IMG/VR virus record: IMGVR_UViG_3300023210_000030
Direction: 5' to 3' (one strand)
Source of the DNA: an uncultured virus (IMG/VR IMGVR_UViG_3300023210_000030)
Lineage: Duplodnaviria > Heunggongvirae > Uroviricota > Caudoviricetes > Crassvirales
DNA: 64,000 nucleotides
Shown here: piece after piece, positions 51,188 to 60,464 of the stretch
How the letters are laid out: the number at the start of each line of letters is the position of its first letter
Numbering within the stretch: position 1 is the first letter of the stretch
The notes under the pieces: generated by a model
Seen by the model: the letters and a program-made list of their open reading frames with translations, nothing else
Told to the model about the DNA's origin: nothing
The model's database searches: none
Position numbers and translations under genes: made by a program

Positions 51188-51460
51188 TTATTTAGTTATT
51201 TCTAACTTTGATTCTGATTCTTTAGGCTTTTCTGTAACTTCACCTGTCTCTAAATTTATAGTTGCATTCTTACCATATTTTTCCATTAGAGGCCCTTCTT
51301 CATTTTTAAAATTTTCTCTTACCTCTTCAATTTTAGTCATTAAAAGTGATTGTTGCAAAAGAGTATCTCCTAATTGCATTTTTAGTTGATTATACTCACC
51401 TTGTAGGGTTTGTAATTTAGTTAATTCTTCTGTTGATAATGATATATCTTTTTTAGCCAT
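51188..51460 (-). CDS. coiled-coil protein, possible fibre assembly chaperone
   Basis: Heptad pattern, KYG..TINLETGE; TATCTTTG element at 51491-51498 (-). Confidence 0.6.
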   Translation of the reverse strand: MAKKDISLSTEELTKLQTLQGEYNQLKMQLGDTLLQQSLLMTKIEEVRENFKNEEGPLMEKYGKNATINLETGEVTEKPKESESKLEITK

Positions 51461-51532
51461 TTTATTTTATTTTATTGGTTATTAATTTAACAAAGATACA
51501 TAATTTTTTTAAAATAATTATTATGATATATT

Positions 51533-51970
51533 TTAACAATTACCTAAAGAACTACTCCAAGCAAGTCCATTCCATTGTCTACAGTTTGTACCATTAGAAT
51601 ACCAACCTCCTGCAGCATAAGAAGTACCAGCCGAATTTGAATAAAGATAAGTTTGAGTCAAGAAATTTGAATAAGTACCAGGAGTATATACAGTTGTAGT
51701 AGTTTCACCTTCACATACTGTTTCGCAACCACCTCCTCTCTCGGCGTCATATTTCGGAGTTATTTCGGTGTTACCACCACCAGCACTTTTACCATAAAAA
51801 TCAGAAAGAGAAATTGTACCACTTGATACACCAGCTAAAGATCTGAAATTTGATTGATTTAAATTTGAGTTAGCATTATAAGCTAAACTAAGTTCTAAAT
51901 TAACTGACCTATTAGTATAGACAGCACCTGTTCCTCCTATTGCTATTAAACCGCTACTTACTAATGTCAC
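51533..51970 (-). CDS. tail fibre-associated (adhesin-like) protein
   Basis: SGTISLSDFYGKS anchor motif typical of proteins following chaperone-bearing fibres; Cys-capped C-terminal module. Confidence 0.7.
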   Translation of the reverse strand: MTLVSSGLIAIGGTGAVYTNRSVNLELSLAYNANSNLNQSNFRSLAGVSSGTISLSDFYGKSAGGGNTEITPKYDAERGGGCETVCEGETTTTVYTPGTYSNFLTQTYLYSNSAGTSYAAGGWYSNGTNCRQWNGLAWSSSLGNC

Positions 51971-53987
51971 TTAATTTTATTTTAAGTTCATCAATTTGTT
52001 TTTGTTGTTCTTTGACCGCTTCAATAAGATAGCCTACTAAATTACCATATGCAACAGATTTTATGCCATCTTCATTCTCATGAGTCATTACTAATTCTGG
52101 TGCTACCTTTTCTAATTCTTGAGCAATAACTCCTGAACTTTCCTTACCATCTTTAGTGAATGAAACACCTCTCATTTCTAAAACTTTAGAACCATCTAAG
52201 GTTTTAATATTATCTTTTAATCTTACATCTGAATAAGCTGAAACATTTCCTGTAGCTGTAAAGTCCCCAGTGTCAGCATCAAAAGTAAACCTTGTAGCAT
52301 TACCACTATTTCCATCTCTTATCTTAAAATCTTCTCCATTGTTTATGTCCATAAACATATCAGAACCACTGAAATACATTTCTACATCATCACCAGTTCC
52401 AAAACGTAATATATCATTATCTGCTAAATCTATAACACCTCTTACATTTAGAGTACTATTAACAGTCCAATTAGTAACAACAGTCGTACTTGAACTTAAG
52501 AAAGGTAGTTCTTGTACCTCAAAAGATCTTGTTTCTCCAGAAGCAGATTCATCTTGACCTATCATTATAAAATCATTCTCACCTATTGATCCTGTTCCTG
52601 ATGGACAATCAGCTATCAATCCTGCTGAACCATAATCAACCGATACTGTAACACCACCTGAAGTTCCTCCGCCTGTTAATCCACTACCTGCAGTTACTCC
52701 TGTAATATCACCAGTATTAGTAGTGTATCCCGCACCGTTTGTTAATTGGTTATTATTAGTAATATCACAATTCAGAGTTACTGAACCACTTGTTCCACCA
52801 CCACTCATTCCTGTACCCGCAGTAACATTTGTTATATCACCTGAATTATTAGTAAATGGTAAATCAGATACATTTCCATAATATATATCACTATCACCTA
52901 CATCACTATATATTATCTTATCTGTTGTTTGTATAGCTGTACCAACAGCAGCTGCACTTGCCAATATAAAATTGTCTGCACCACCATAATCCATATTTAT
53001 GGTTAAGGTTTCGTTGGATGATTGATTTGTTGTAAAATTACCTGAAGCACCCGAATTTACATTTAATCCATCACCACCTGCAATTGTTATAGTTGCATTG
53101 TTTGCTGCTGCAATATCACAATTTAATGTAACTGATCCACTTGTACCACCACCTGACATACCTGTTCCTGCAGTTACTCCTGTAATATCCCCTGCATTTG
53201 TAGTATACCCACTATTATTAGTCCACTGACTAATATCACCACTTTTATTTGTAAAAGTTTGAGTATTGCCAGCCGTAGTAGTACCAGTATTTGTAGTATA
53301 ACCCGCACCGTTTGTTAATTGATTGTTATTTGTAATTGTGGTAGCTAAATTACCTTCTCCTGTTATATATTGAGCCGATGAGCCTACCACATCTATAGCT
53401 AATGTTCCACTTCCTGTTATTGGAGATCCTGAAATATCAAATGCATTACCTGTGTGTGTTTGTGCTACAGATGTTACATCACCTACATTAGTAGTATATC
53501 CACTATTATTAGTCCACTGACTTATATTACCTCCTTTGTTAGTAAACGTCTGAGAATTAGAAGCAGTAGTTGTACCTGTGTTAGTAGTGTAACCTGATCC
53601 GTTTGTTAATTGATTATTGTTAGTTATAGTACAGTTCAAAGTTACTGACCCTGAAGTCCCTCCTCCTGACATACCTGTTCCTGCAGTTACTCCTGTTATA
53701 TCACCTACATTAGTAGTATATCCTGCACCATTTGTAAGCTGATTGTTGTTGGTTATTGTATTATTTAATGTTACACTACCTGATGTACCTCCTCCACTTA
53801 GTCCAGTTCCTGCTACTACTGCTGTTATATCACCCTGTGGTACACCTGCAACAGCATTGTCTACATATAATTTATTAGCAGCGTCTGTATTAGCAGTAAC
53901 AGTATCTACTCCTTGTATTCTACCTGTACCTTCTAAAGTTATTCCTCCTCCAGAGACAGTTAAGTTAGATAAAAAAGTTATAGCCAT
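51954..53987 (-). CDS. tail fibre with a C-terminal intramolecular chaperone (peptidase S74) domain
   Basis: ATGNVSAY-SDVRLKDNIKTL, GVIAQELEKVAPELV, KSVAYGNLVGYLIEAVKE; internal ITNNNQLTNGAGY repeats; TATATTTG element at 54005-54012 (-). Confidence 0.9.
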   Translation of the reverse strand: MAITFLSNLTVSGGGITLEGTGRIQGVDTVTANTDAANKLYVDNAVAGVPQGDITAVVAGTGLSGGGTSGSVTLNNTITNNNQLTNGAGYTTNVGDITGVTAGTGMSGGGTSGSVTLNCTITNNNQLTNGSGYTTNTGTTTASNSQTFTNKGGNISQWTNNSGYTTNVGDVTSVAQTHTGNAFDISGSPITGSGTLAIDVVGSSAQYITGEGNLATTITNNNQLTNGAGYTTNTGTTTAGNTQTFTNKSGDISQWTNNSGYTTNAGDITGVTAGTGMSGGGTSGSVTLNCDIAAANNATITIAGGDGLNVNSGASGNFTTNQSSNETLTINMDYGGADNFILASAAAVGTAIQTTDKIIYSDVGDSDIYYGNVSDLPFTNNSGDITNVTAGTGMSGGGTSGSVTLNCDITNNNQLTNGAGYTTNTGDITGVTAGSGLTGGGTSGGVTVSVDYGSAGLIADCPSGTGSIGENDFIMIGQDESASGETRSFEVQELPFLSSSTTVVTNWTVNSTLNVRGVIDLADNDILRFGTGDDVEMYFSGSDMFMDINNGEDFKIRDGNSGNATRFTFDADTGDFTATGNVSAYSDVRLKDNIKTLDGSKVLEMRGVSFTKDGKESSGVIAQELEKVAPELVMTHENEDGIKSVAYGNLVGYLIEAVKEQQKQIDELKIKLSDISK

Positions 53988-54066
53988 GAAAAATTGAATT
54001 TTTACAAATATACGAATTAAATTAAAAGCGTTTTGCTAATAATTCAATCCGTATATGTAAGTTTTA

Positions 54067-56715
54067 TTAAAGTATCTCTGTAATTAACACTCTAACTTCA
54101 GCATTTCCTAATGCAGTTACAGTTGATAAAGTAACTTGTGATGTACTGTTTCTCTCCACACTTAATTCAACTGTATCATATGGAGATTCATTTCTGTATG
54201 CCTGAACCATAACATCTCTTGTTCCTAAATTGTGAGTTAACACATAAGTAGTTGCAGAATTGTTTCCAATATTAGCAGTAAAGTTATGATTTGTTCCAAT
54301 ACAACTTGTTACCGCAGCACAGAAGTCTGTTATTTGAGAAGCTGGTATTGCAATAGTTGTATTTGACTGACTTGTAACCTGTCCATAAGCATTAGTAGTA
54401 ATAGCTGATGTTTGTGTTGCAGAACCTGAAGAAGTATTTGCTCCAGAATCTAAAGATATTGCTCCTGATGAGTTTATATTAATACCTCCCGATGTTGGAA
54501 CACTTACTATACCTACTGTTGTTGCTGTAGCAATATCTATATTTGCCTGAACCTCAACAAAATCTCCTTGAACAGATGTTCCTGTCGCAGCTGCTGTAGT
54601 ACAAATTACTTGGTCTCCAATAGCTAAAGGTTCTGCTGTATTTCCAAAGAAATTACCCGCAGTTGTTACAACGTAGAAATCACCGACAGCAATTGCTACT
54701 CTCGTAGCACCACTTGTTAAATTAGTTGTTCCACCATCAATAACACCTGTGTTTGCATTAAATCCTCCTTTAAATTCTAATAACCCAACAACTGCTGCGT
54801 TTAATTGATTTACGTTTACAGCGTCAGTTCCTGAAACTCCAGTAGCAAGACCTGTAATTTTATTACTACCCATCGCAATATCTCCATTAGGAGTACCCCA
54901 GGCATTAAGCAGAATGTTACTTGATAAAATTTTAGCATTTGAGCCTCCGTCTACTACAGCTAAGAAATCAGAACCTTTAGTCCATGCAGTTGTTGTAGTT
55001 AACTCGTTTAAGTCTAAGTTAATTGTTACGTCATCTGTTGCACTAACAGCCGTATCAATTCCAACTGAACCTTGTATTGTTACTGTGTTACCATCAGTTA
55101 TAGACTGATTTGAACCACTGTCTGCCGCTAAAGTCCATGAACTCATTGTACCAGTGTTTCCTGTGTACGCTATTGTTACTGCCCCTGTTGCCGATGATAC
55201 GCTAATGTTAGATCCAGCAACCGCTGAAGTAACACCTGTGTTTGTTATTGTTGAAGCTCCAGTTGCACCACTAATAGATATACCCGTTCCTCCTGTATTA
55301 CTTAATACACCATCATTTTGTATATCAAGTATAAATCCATTAGAACTTGTAGTAATACCTGTTCCTCCTTGGAATGTAGCTGTTGAACCTGCTGTTACGT
55401 TTGCCGATGTACCACTGTCTCCAGTTAATAACCATCCACTGTATACAGTAGGTGATGTTGGCATTGTTACAGTCTTAAGATTAAGAGCCGTTATGTGACC
55501 TGTAGTATTAGTAGTTACCGAGTCAACTGATGTAAATGTTCCTGCCGATCCTGGAGAACTTGAACTTGTAGTATCGCTTCTTGATGTAGTATCGTGAGCT
55601 AAAGTTACCGTTCTTGTTCCTCCAATAGAACCGCTAATATATGTTCCGCCGACAACATCTACAACTTCACCGTTAGAAACAGTTTGATTTGTTCCACTTG
55701 TTGATCCAATAGTCCATGAAGACATTGTTCCAGCCCCACCATCAGAAGCAGATGTTATTCTACCTTGAGCGTCTACTGTAATGTCAGCTGAAGTATATGA
55801 TCCTGCTGTTACTGCTGTATTATCAAGAGTTATAGTTAAATCATCTGTTGCACTTGCCGCCGTTGTAATACCAGTTCCGCCAATAAAAGTAGCATTGTTT
55901 CCGTTTGTTATTGATTGACTTCCTGAGTCACCAACCAAATTCCATGAACTCATAGTTCCAGTTCCGCCTGTATATGCAATAGTTACAGCTCCAGTCGCAC
56001 CACTTACTGATATGTTTGATCCTGCTACAGCAGAAGTTACACCAGTGTTTGTTATAGTCATTCCTGAAGCTGTTGTTGCTGTAGAAACTCCTGCTCCCCC
56101 TGATAAATCAACTGTTACTCCGTCACTAACTGTTAAGTTAGTTCCTGAATCACCTTGTAAAGTCCAATTAGTATATCCGCCAGGTACAGACGCCCAAACA
56201 TTATCACCTCTTAAAAATGTAGAACCACTTGGAGTACCTGTTGCAGATAAATCTATAGTACCCATAGTTACAGCACCAGTTGCTGCTGAGTTAGCTGTTC
56301 CTGCCGAAACAAATGTTCCGTTAGCGTTAGTAAAAGTCGTAACCCCTACATTAACCGAGCCGCTTGATGCTGATGTAATTAATCCTTTTGAATCAACAGT
56401 AATACTTGCAAGAGTATAAGATGCTGCAGTAACTCCAGATGCTGGCATATCTACAGATATTGTCCCTGAACTTGTAATTGGTGTGCTTCCAATAGTAAAG
56501 TAATTACTGCTAATTCCTACTGAAGTTACAGTACCCGCATTACTATCTAAAGTTATCCAATTAGACCCATTGTAAAATTTTAAGACATTAGAGTCGGATC
56601 TATATATTAACTGACCTTCTCCAGTTACGGAAGGATCAGAAGTTACGTTTTGTACTTTAAAGTTTTGTAGCTCTGTATTATTGAGCGAGACATTTTGTAA
56701 AAAATTAATTGCCAT
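54067..56715 (-). CDS. tail fibre protein
   Basis: Repeats W.L.GDSG and ITVD..G.ITSAS; KITGLATG..TDAVNVNQL neck motif; C-terminal THNLGTRDV domain. Confidence 0.85.
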   Translation of the reverse strand: MAINFLQNVSLNNTELQNFKVQNVTSDPSVTGEGQLIYRSDSNVLKFYNGSNWITLDSNAGTVTSVGISSNYFTIGSTPITSSGTISVDMPASGVTAASYTLASITVDSKGLITSASSGSVNVGVTTFTNANGTFVSAGTANSAATGAVTMGTIDLSATGTPSGSTFLRGDNVWASVPGGYTNWTLQGDSGTNLTVSDGVTVDLSGGAGVSTATTASGMTITNTGVTSAVAGSNISVSGATGAVTIAYTGGTGTMSSWNLVGDSGSQSITNGNNATFIGGTGITTAASATDDLTITLDNTAVTAGSYTSADITVDAQGRITSASDGGAGTMSSWTIGSTSGTNQTVSNGEVVDVVGGTYISGSIGGTRTVTLAHDTTSRSDTTSSSSPGSAGTFTSVDSVTTNTTGHITALNLKTVTMPTSPTVYSGWLLTGDSGTSANVTAGSTATFQGGTGITTSSNGFILDIQNDGVLSNTGGTGISISGATGASTITNTGVTSAVAGSNISVSSATGAVTIAYTGNTGTMSSWTLAADSGSNQSITDGNTVTIQGSVGIDTAVSATDDVTINLDLNELTTTTAWTKGSDFLAVVDGGSNAKILSSNILLNAWGTPNGDIAMGSNKITGLATGVSGTDAVNVNQLNAAVVGLLEFKGGFNANTGVIDGGTTNLTSGATRVAIAVGDFYVVTTAGNFFGNTAEPLAIGDQVICTTAAATGTSVQGDFVEVQANIDIATATTVGIVSVPTSGGININSSGAISLDSGANTSSGSATQTSAITTNAYGQVTSQSNTTIAIPASQITDFCAAVTSCIGTNHNFTANIGNNSATTYVLTHNLGTRDVMVQAYRNESPYDTVELSVERNSTSQVTLSTVTALGNAEVRVLITEIL

Positions 56716-56735
56716 GTTATCTGTGTTTTATATTG

Positions 56736-57170
56736 TTAAAATTTATAGGTTAAACTTAATTTAAGTTCTCCTTTATCTTCTTCTTCCATTTTACCCATAC
56801 CATCAGCGTCACACATTTCTGCATCATCACTCATGTTGTACATATAAGATGGCTCTATATATAGTTTGTCCCAAACATTTAATGCATATCCAACTCCTAA
56901 AGAAATTTCTTCTTCCTCAGTCATTAATCCATATGCAAATAGTTTTTCTCCTAAAGAATATCTTGCTATTAAATTATAATCATCTCCATTCATCATTATT
57001 CCTGCACTTAATTTTTCCATAGAATACAAAACCCCTATGTTATCTGTTAAGTTATCTAAACTCATTTCTTCTCCGTCAGCTGGAGAACTTATCATACTTG
57101 TTACCATAAATTGTGCTGAAGCTACTGATGTTATTAAACTTAATAATAATACTACTAATATATTTTTCAT
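56736..57170 (-). CDS. outer-membrane beta-barrel protein
   Basis: Signal peptide MKNILVVLLLSLITSVASA-Q; amphipathic strands; C-terminal beta-signal LKLSLTYKF. Confidence 0.75.
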   Translation of the reverse strand: MKNILVVLLLSLITSVASAQFMVTSMISSPADGEEMSLDNLTDNIGVLYSMEKLSAGIMMNGDDYNLIARYSLGEKLFAYGLMTEEEEISLGVGYALNVWDKLYIEPSYMYNMSDDAEMCDADGMGKMEEEDKGELKLSLTYKF

Positions 57171-57185
57171 TTTTGTTTTTTTATG

Positions 57186-57908
57186 TTAATTAAAATACGC
57201 TTTTCCTGTTTGCGCACCGTTAAATGTTATTGTTACTTGATTTAAACTATTGTACTGCACATCACCATATACTATTTCATTTGATGAGCTTACTACACTT
57301 ACTGAAGGATACTTATTTAACCCATGCGTAACTACCCAAGGGTTTGCTGCAACATTTTGACTAAATACATAATTTTTGTCTCCTCCTCCTCCTGGTCCGT
57401 ATGTTAGCAAAGATATAAAATAATCTTTGTTGTTATTTAAGCTTCCCGCACTTGCTGTTAGTGTTAGTCCAATGTTAAAAAAATTTGTTTCAGGATTATC
57501 TTGCGCTACACTATCCCATGTATAAATACCAAAGTTATCAGGACTATCTGTTTGAGAAATTACAACTGTTGAAGCTACTAATGGTACTGAATAATAAGAA
57601 GAAACATCTATATTAGATTCTAACATAAATTTACTTAACATAAAAGTAGTTATATTAGCAAAAGGAACATTACCTGAATCAGAAACGCTAAAAGATATTG
57701 TACCGTTTTCTCTTACCTTACCTGTTTCCCAATTTTGATACCTGTACTTTAAAGCATTTACTTCTATTTTATTATAAGTGTTTAAAAAAACAGCTACATC
57801 GTCAGCTGTAAAGTTTTTAGTAGCTCCAGAGTCTAATGCATCAGTTCCTATCCATTTATCTGCTCCTATTACAACGCTTTGTATTGGATATGAACCTATT
57901 TTAGCCAT
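57186..57908 (-). CDS. virion structural protein (fibre anchor/adaptor)
   Basis: N-terminus resembles that of the 2530-aa fibre; C-terminal WVVTHGLNKYPSV domain. Confidence 0.7.
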   Translation of the reverse strand: MAKIGSYPIQSVVIGADKWIGTDALDSGATKNFTADDVAVFLNTYNKIEVNALKYRYQNWETGKVRENGTISFSVSDSGNVPFANITTFMLSKFMLESNIDVSSYYSVPLVASTVVISQTDSPDNFGIYTWDSVAQDNPETNFFNIGLTLTASAGSLNNNKDYFISLLTYGPGGGGDKNYVFSQNVAANPWVVTHGLNKYPSVSVVSSSNEIVYGDVQYNSLNQVTITFNGAQTGKAYFN

Positions 57909-58305
57909 TATTTATTTTTTTTCCTTTTTCATATGAACGACCACCAAAATATGCCGCTACAACTGTTATAAGCAGAACTTTTAATAAATCTTTCCACTCA
58001 TCGTGAACTACAAAGGTAATAAAACTTGAGTCAATAAAAATAAGCACAATTGTACTAACAATTAAAAAAATTAACACACAGGGCCTAACAGATTTAGATA
58101 ATTTATTGTCTGACATCATATCACTTTCCCATCTTTTAGTAATATTTTCTTGTTCATTTGCTGCTGCTTGATTAAAAAGACTATTCATTTCTTTTTTAAA
58201 AGCAACTTTTTCATCTGAGGTATGAACAAACCTATCAACCATATTACTAACTTTGTCAGCAACTTCAATTCCTTCTTTTCCGAAAAATTTTGTCCAAATA
58301 TTCAT
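57901..58305 (-). CDS. holin (GTA 3TM-holin-like)
   Basis: RWESDMMSD..LSKSVRP, two TM segments, AYFGGRSYEK. Confidence 0.8.
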   Translation of the reverse strand: MNIWTKFFGKEGIEVADKVSNMVDRFVHTSDEKVAFKKEMNSLFNQAAANEQENITKRWESDMMSDNKLSKSVRPCVLIFLIVSTIVLIFIDSSFITFVVHDEWKDLLKVLLITVVAAYFGGRSYEKGKKINNG

Positions 58306-58718
58306 TTTATATTTTTATATTCTTTTTTTGCATCATAACTCGGGCATTTTTTAGTAGAAAAATCTCTATGACCATAAATTTCAGCATTTTTATGAAGTTT
58401 TTTTAAAGTTTTAAGTAGTATTATTAAAGAATCTTTCTGTTCATCTGTTCTTGTGTCTTCCCATTCACTCATATCTTTATTCATTCCCCCAATATAACAA
58501 ATTCCTATGCTATCATAATTATTTCCTTTAACATGAGCTCCATATTTATCTACCATACGCCCATATTCAATAGATCCGTCTAATCTTATTACAAAGTGAT
58601 ACCCTATGTCATCCCAACCGTTACCTTTTACGTGCCAATCTCTTATATCTTCAGCACTAAAATCTTTATGTCTTGGAGTAGCGGAGCAATGAACAATAAT
58701 TTTATCTATTGTTCTCAT
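58302..58718 (-). CDS. endolysin, N-acetylmuramoyl-L-alanine amidase (T7 lysozyme-like)
   Basis: IIVHCSAT, DIGYHF, GAHVKG.N..SIGICYIGG, GHRD, KCPSYD. Confidence 0.95.
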   Translation of the reverse strand: MRTIDKIIVHCSATPRHKDFSAEDIRDWHVKGNGWDDIGYHFVIRLDGSIEYGRMVDKYGAHVKGNNYDSIGICYIGGMNKDMSEWEDTRTDEQKDSLIILLKTLKKLHKNAEIYGHRDFSTKKCPSYDAKKEYKNIK

Positions 58719-58721
58719 TTA

Positions 58722-58985
58722 TTACCTTAATTGATATATCCTATCATCTAACCTTGTTAATGTTTCTTTCATTTCCATCATTTCGGTTTTAATAAAAACT
58801 AATTCTTTTTGAATCTCTATCATATTCTCTATTGGAGTCTGACTTGGAACAGGAAGCTCTTTAGCTTCTTGTATTTGTGCTTGTAAAGAATAATACATTC
58901 CTATCATGCTTCCTACTAACACAATAATAGTAATAAAGTTTTTTGGGCTTAAAGTTACCTTGGTGTTTTCAGAAATATTACTCAT
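58722..58985 (-). CDS. membrane protein (one TM plus coiled coil), lysis-associated
   Basis: TM FITIIVLVGSMIGMYY; immediately upstream of the endolysin. Confidence 0.65.
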   Translation of the reverse strand: MSNISENTKVTLSPKNFITIIVLVGSMIGMYYSLQAQIQEAKELPVPSQTPIENMIEIQKELVFIKTEMMEMKETLTRLDDRIYQLR

Positions 58986-58986
58986 A

Positions 58987-59775
58987 TTACCAAATTGCTA
59001 AACAAACAGCGTGTGATTCAATAGTTGTTCCTGTGGAATACAGTTGTGTTATTTGCACAGGAAGATATTGACCTATAGGGAAATTTAAAAACGTTACATC
59101 GTTTCCAGCTACTGTTTTAACTTTTATTGAAGCCACATATGTTGAAGCTATATCTGATACAGTAGTTGTAGAAGAAACATATAATAAACATCCTTCAGAA
59201 GACTTTCCTTCAGGACCTGGTAATTGACCTCCTAAAAATATAGTATATGAGTCATTAAAAGTAGTGTCAGAACTAAATAAATCATCTTCTAATGTTAAAT
59301 CAACTTCATTATTTACAACTGATACTCTTGTAACACTACCTGTTACAGTATTATAAACAACATCTCCTACAGAAACTCCTTTAGTAACAAATGTTTCTGT
59401 AGTGTCTATTAAATGATTTGGTCTTGCTATTGTATAACTTTCATTTCCATCAGGAAAAGTATCTGCCGCTAATGTTAAGTCTGTAGCTGCTATTGCTGTA
59501 ACTAATGAGCTGTCAGGAGATCCACCACCAGTTTTTCTAATTGCTCTATCACCTATTAATACAGGTAAAGGAACTACTGTAGCTGTAAACTGATCATTTC
59601 CAGTTAATGTAGAGTTTATTAGGTGGTTTAATGTATCTGAATCAGCATTTCCGCTTGCTACACCTGTTGATGTTGATGTTAAAGTTGTTAAATCTGGAGA
59701 AGGAATTGGAATTGTGTTACTTGCAAATACACTTCTTACAAGTCCTGTATTTACGGTTATTTTTGGGTACGCCAT
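58987..59775 (-). CDS. virion structural protein with two inserted beta modules
   Basis: Thr-rich; core GCLLYV...VKTVAGNDVTF...GQYLPVQI..YSTGT. Confidence 0.7.
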   Translation of the reverse strand: MAYPKITVNTGLVRSVFASNTIPIPSPDLTTLTSTSTGVASGNADSDTLNHLINSTLTGNDQFTATVVPLPVLIGDRAIRKTGGGSPDSSLVTAIAATDLTLAADTFPDGNESYTIARPNHLIDTTETFVTKGVSVGDVVYNTVTGSVTRVSVVNNEVDLTLEDDLFSSDTTFNDSYTIFLGGQLPGPEGKSSEGCLLYVSSTTTVSDIASTYVASIKVKTVAGNDVTFLNFPIGQYLPVQITQLYSTGTTIESHAVCLAIW

Positions 59776-59805
59776 TTTTTTTATTTTAGAGGGTTAAAAA
59801 TCTCT

Positions 59806-59979
59806 TTACTTATTATATGGAAACACTCTGTTAAGAGTATCTCTTCTTTGACCACATCCGCAGTCTTTTTTTCCTACAGCTTTAGCCATTCCTTGAGCAA
59901 CCTTATCTAATCCTGTTGCTTTAGTTATTTTAGCTATTGAATCGCCAAGCCCCTTAGATGCATTGTTTATTTTTTGCAT
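59806..59979 (-). CDS. small phage protein (GLGD...CGC..R..LN..FPY), not in ORF track
   Basis: MQKINNASKGLGDSIAKITKATGLDKVAQGMAKAVGKKDCGCGQRRDTLNRVFPYNK. Confidence 0.8.
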   Translation of the reverse strand: MQKINNASKGLGDSIAKITKATGLDKVAQGMAKAVGKKDCGCGQRRDTLNRVFPYNK

Positions 59980-60086
59980 TGACATTTATCATTAGGACAA
60001 ATACCTACATTAAAAGATAAAAATCTCATTAATCCATTCCAACTGCATTTTAAATAATCGTACAACAATTTTATTTTTTCAATCAT
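59967..60086 (-). CDS. small Cys-rich protein (39 aa, not in ORF track)
   Basis: MIEKIKLLYDYLKCSWNGLMRFLSFNVGICPNDKCQCKK. Confidence 0.6.
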   Translation of the reverse strand: MIEKIKLLYDYLKCSWNGLMRFLSFNVGICPNDKCQCKK

Positions 60087-60088
60087 AT

Positions 60089-60295
60089 TTAATTATTTCT
60101 CATTCTGTCATTTATAGAAGTTTTAACTCTTGGCTTTACATATTGAACGTGTGAATCAGGAGCTTCTTCTTGTTTTTTAACAGTTTCTTTTTTTTCTATT
60201 TTACCTGTTGTTTTAAATTCTACCTTTTCTTCATAAGAAAGATTAGAAGGAGAAACAGGATCTTTTTTTAATATATTTTTTCTTTTTTTTCCCAT
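60089..60295 (-). CDS. small basic hypothetical protein
   Basis: 68-aa Lys-rich ORF. Confidence 0.7.
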   Translation of the reverse strand: MGKKRKNILKKDPVSPSNLSYEEKVEFKTTGKIEKKETVKKQEEAPDSHVQYVKPRVKTSINDRMRNN

Positions 60296-60312
60296 TTTAT
60301 TAAATTTAATTT

Positions 60313-60462
60313 TTATCTATTTTTTGCCATTTTTCTAAATGTCTTAGCTAAATTATAACGTTTAGAACCTTTAGGACAAGAGGGACCTCCAAACTTACTA
60401 CCTGTACAAGGCTTGTCAGTTCTCATTCCTTTAGTTGCTTTCTTTATCCAATTATTAGCCAT
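60313..60462 (-). CDS. small basic protein (49 aa, not in ORF track)
   Basis: MANNWIKKATKGMRTDKPCTGSKFGGPSCPKGSKRYNLAKTFRKMAKNR. Confidence 0.75.
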   Translation of the reverse strand: MANNWIKKATKGMRTDKPCTGSKFGGPSCPKGSKRYNLAKTFRKMAKNR

Positions 60463-60464
60463 TA

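Noticed and set aside
16049..56419. Numerous + strand ORFs opposite structural genes (e.g. 17150..17608, 19955..20431, 45867..46331, 56012..56419)
   Set aside because: Antisense shadows of long genes with biased codons; mostly non-ATG starts, no leaders, no motifs
43583..56715. Diversity-generating retroelement acting on fibre tips
   Set aside because: No reverse transcriptase in the window, and the repeats are in-frame protein repeats rather than an adenine-mismatched TR/VR pair
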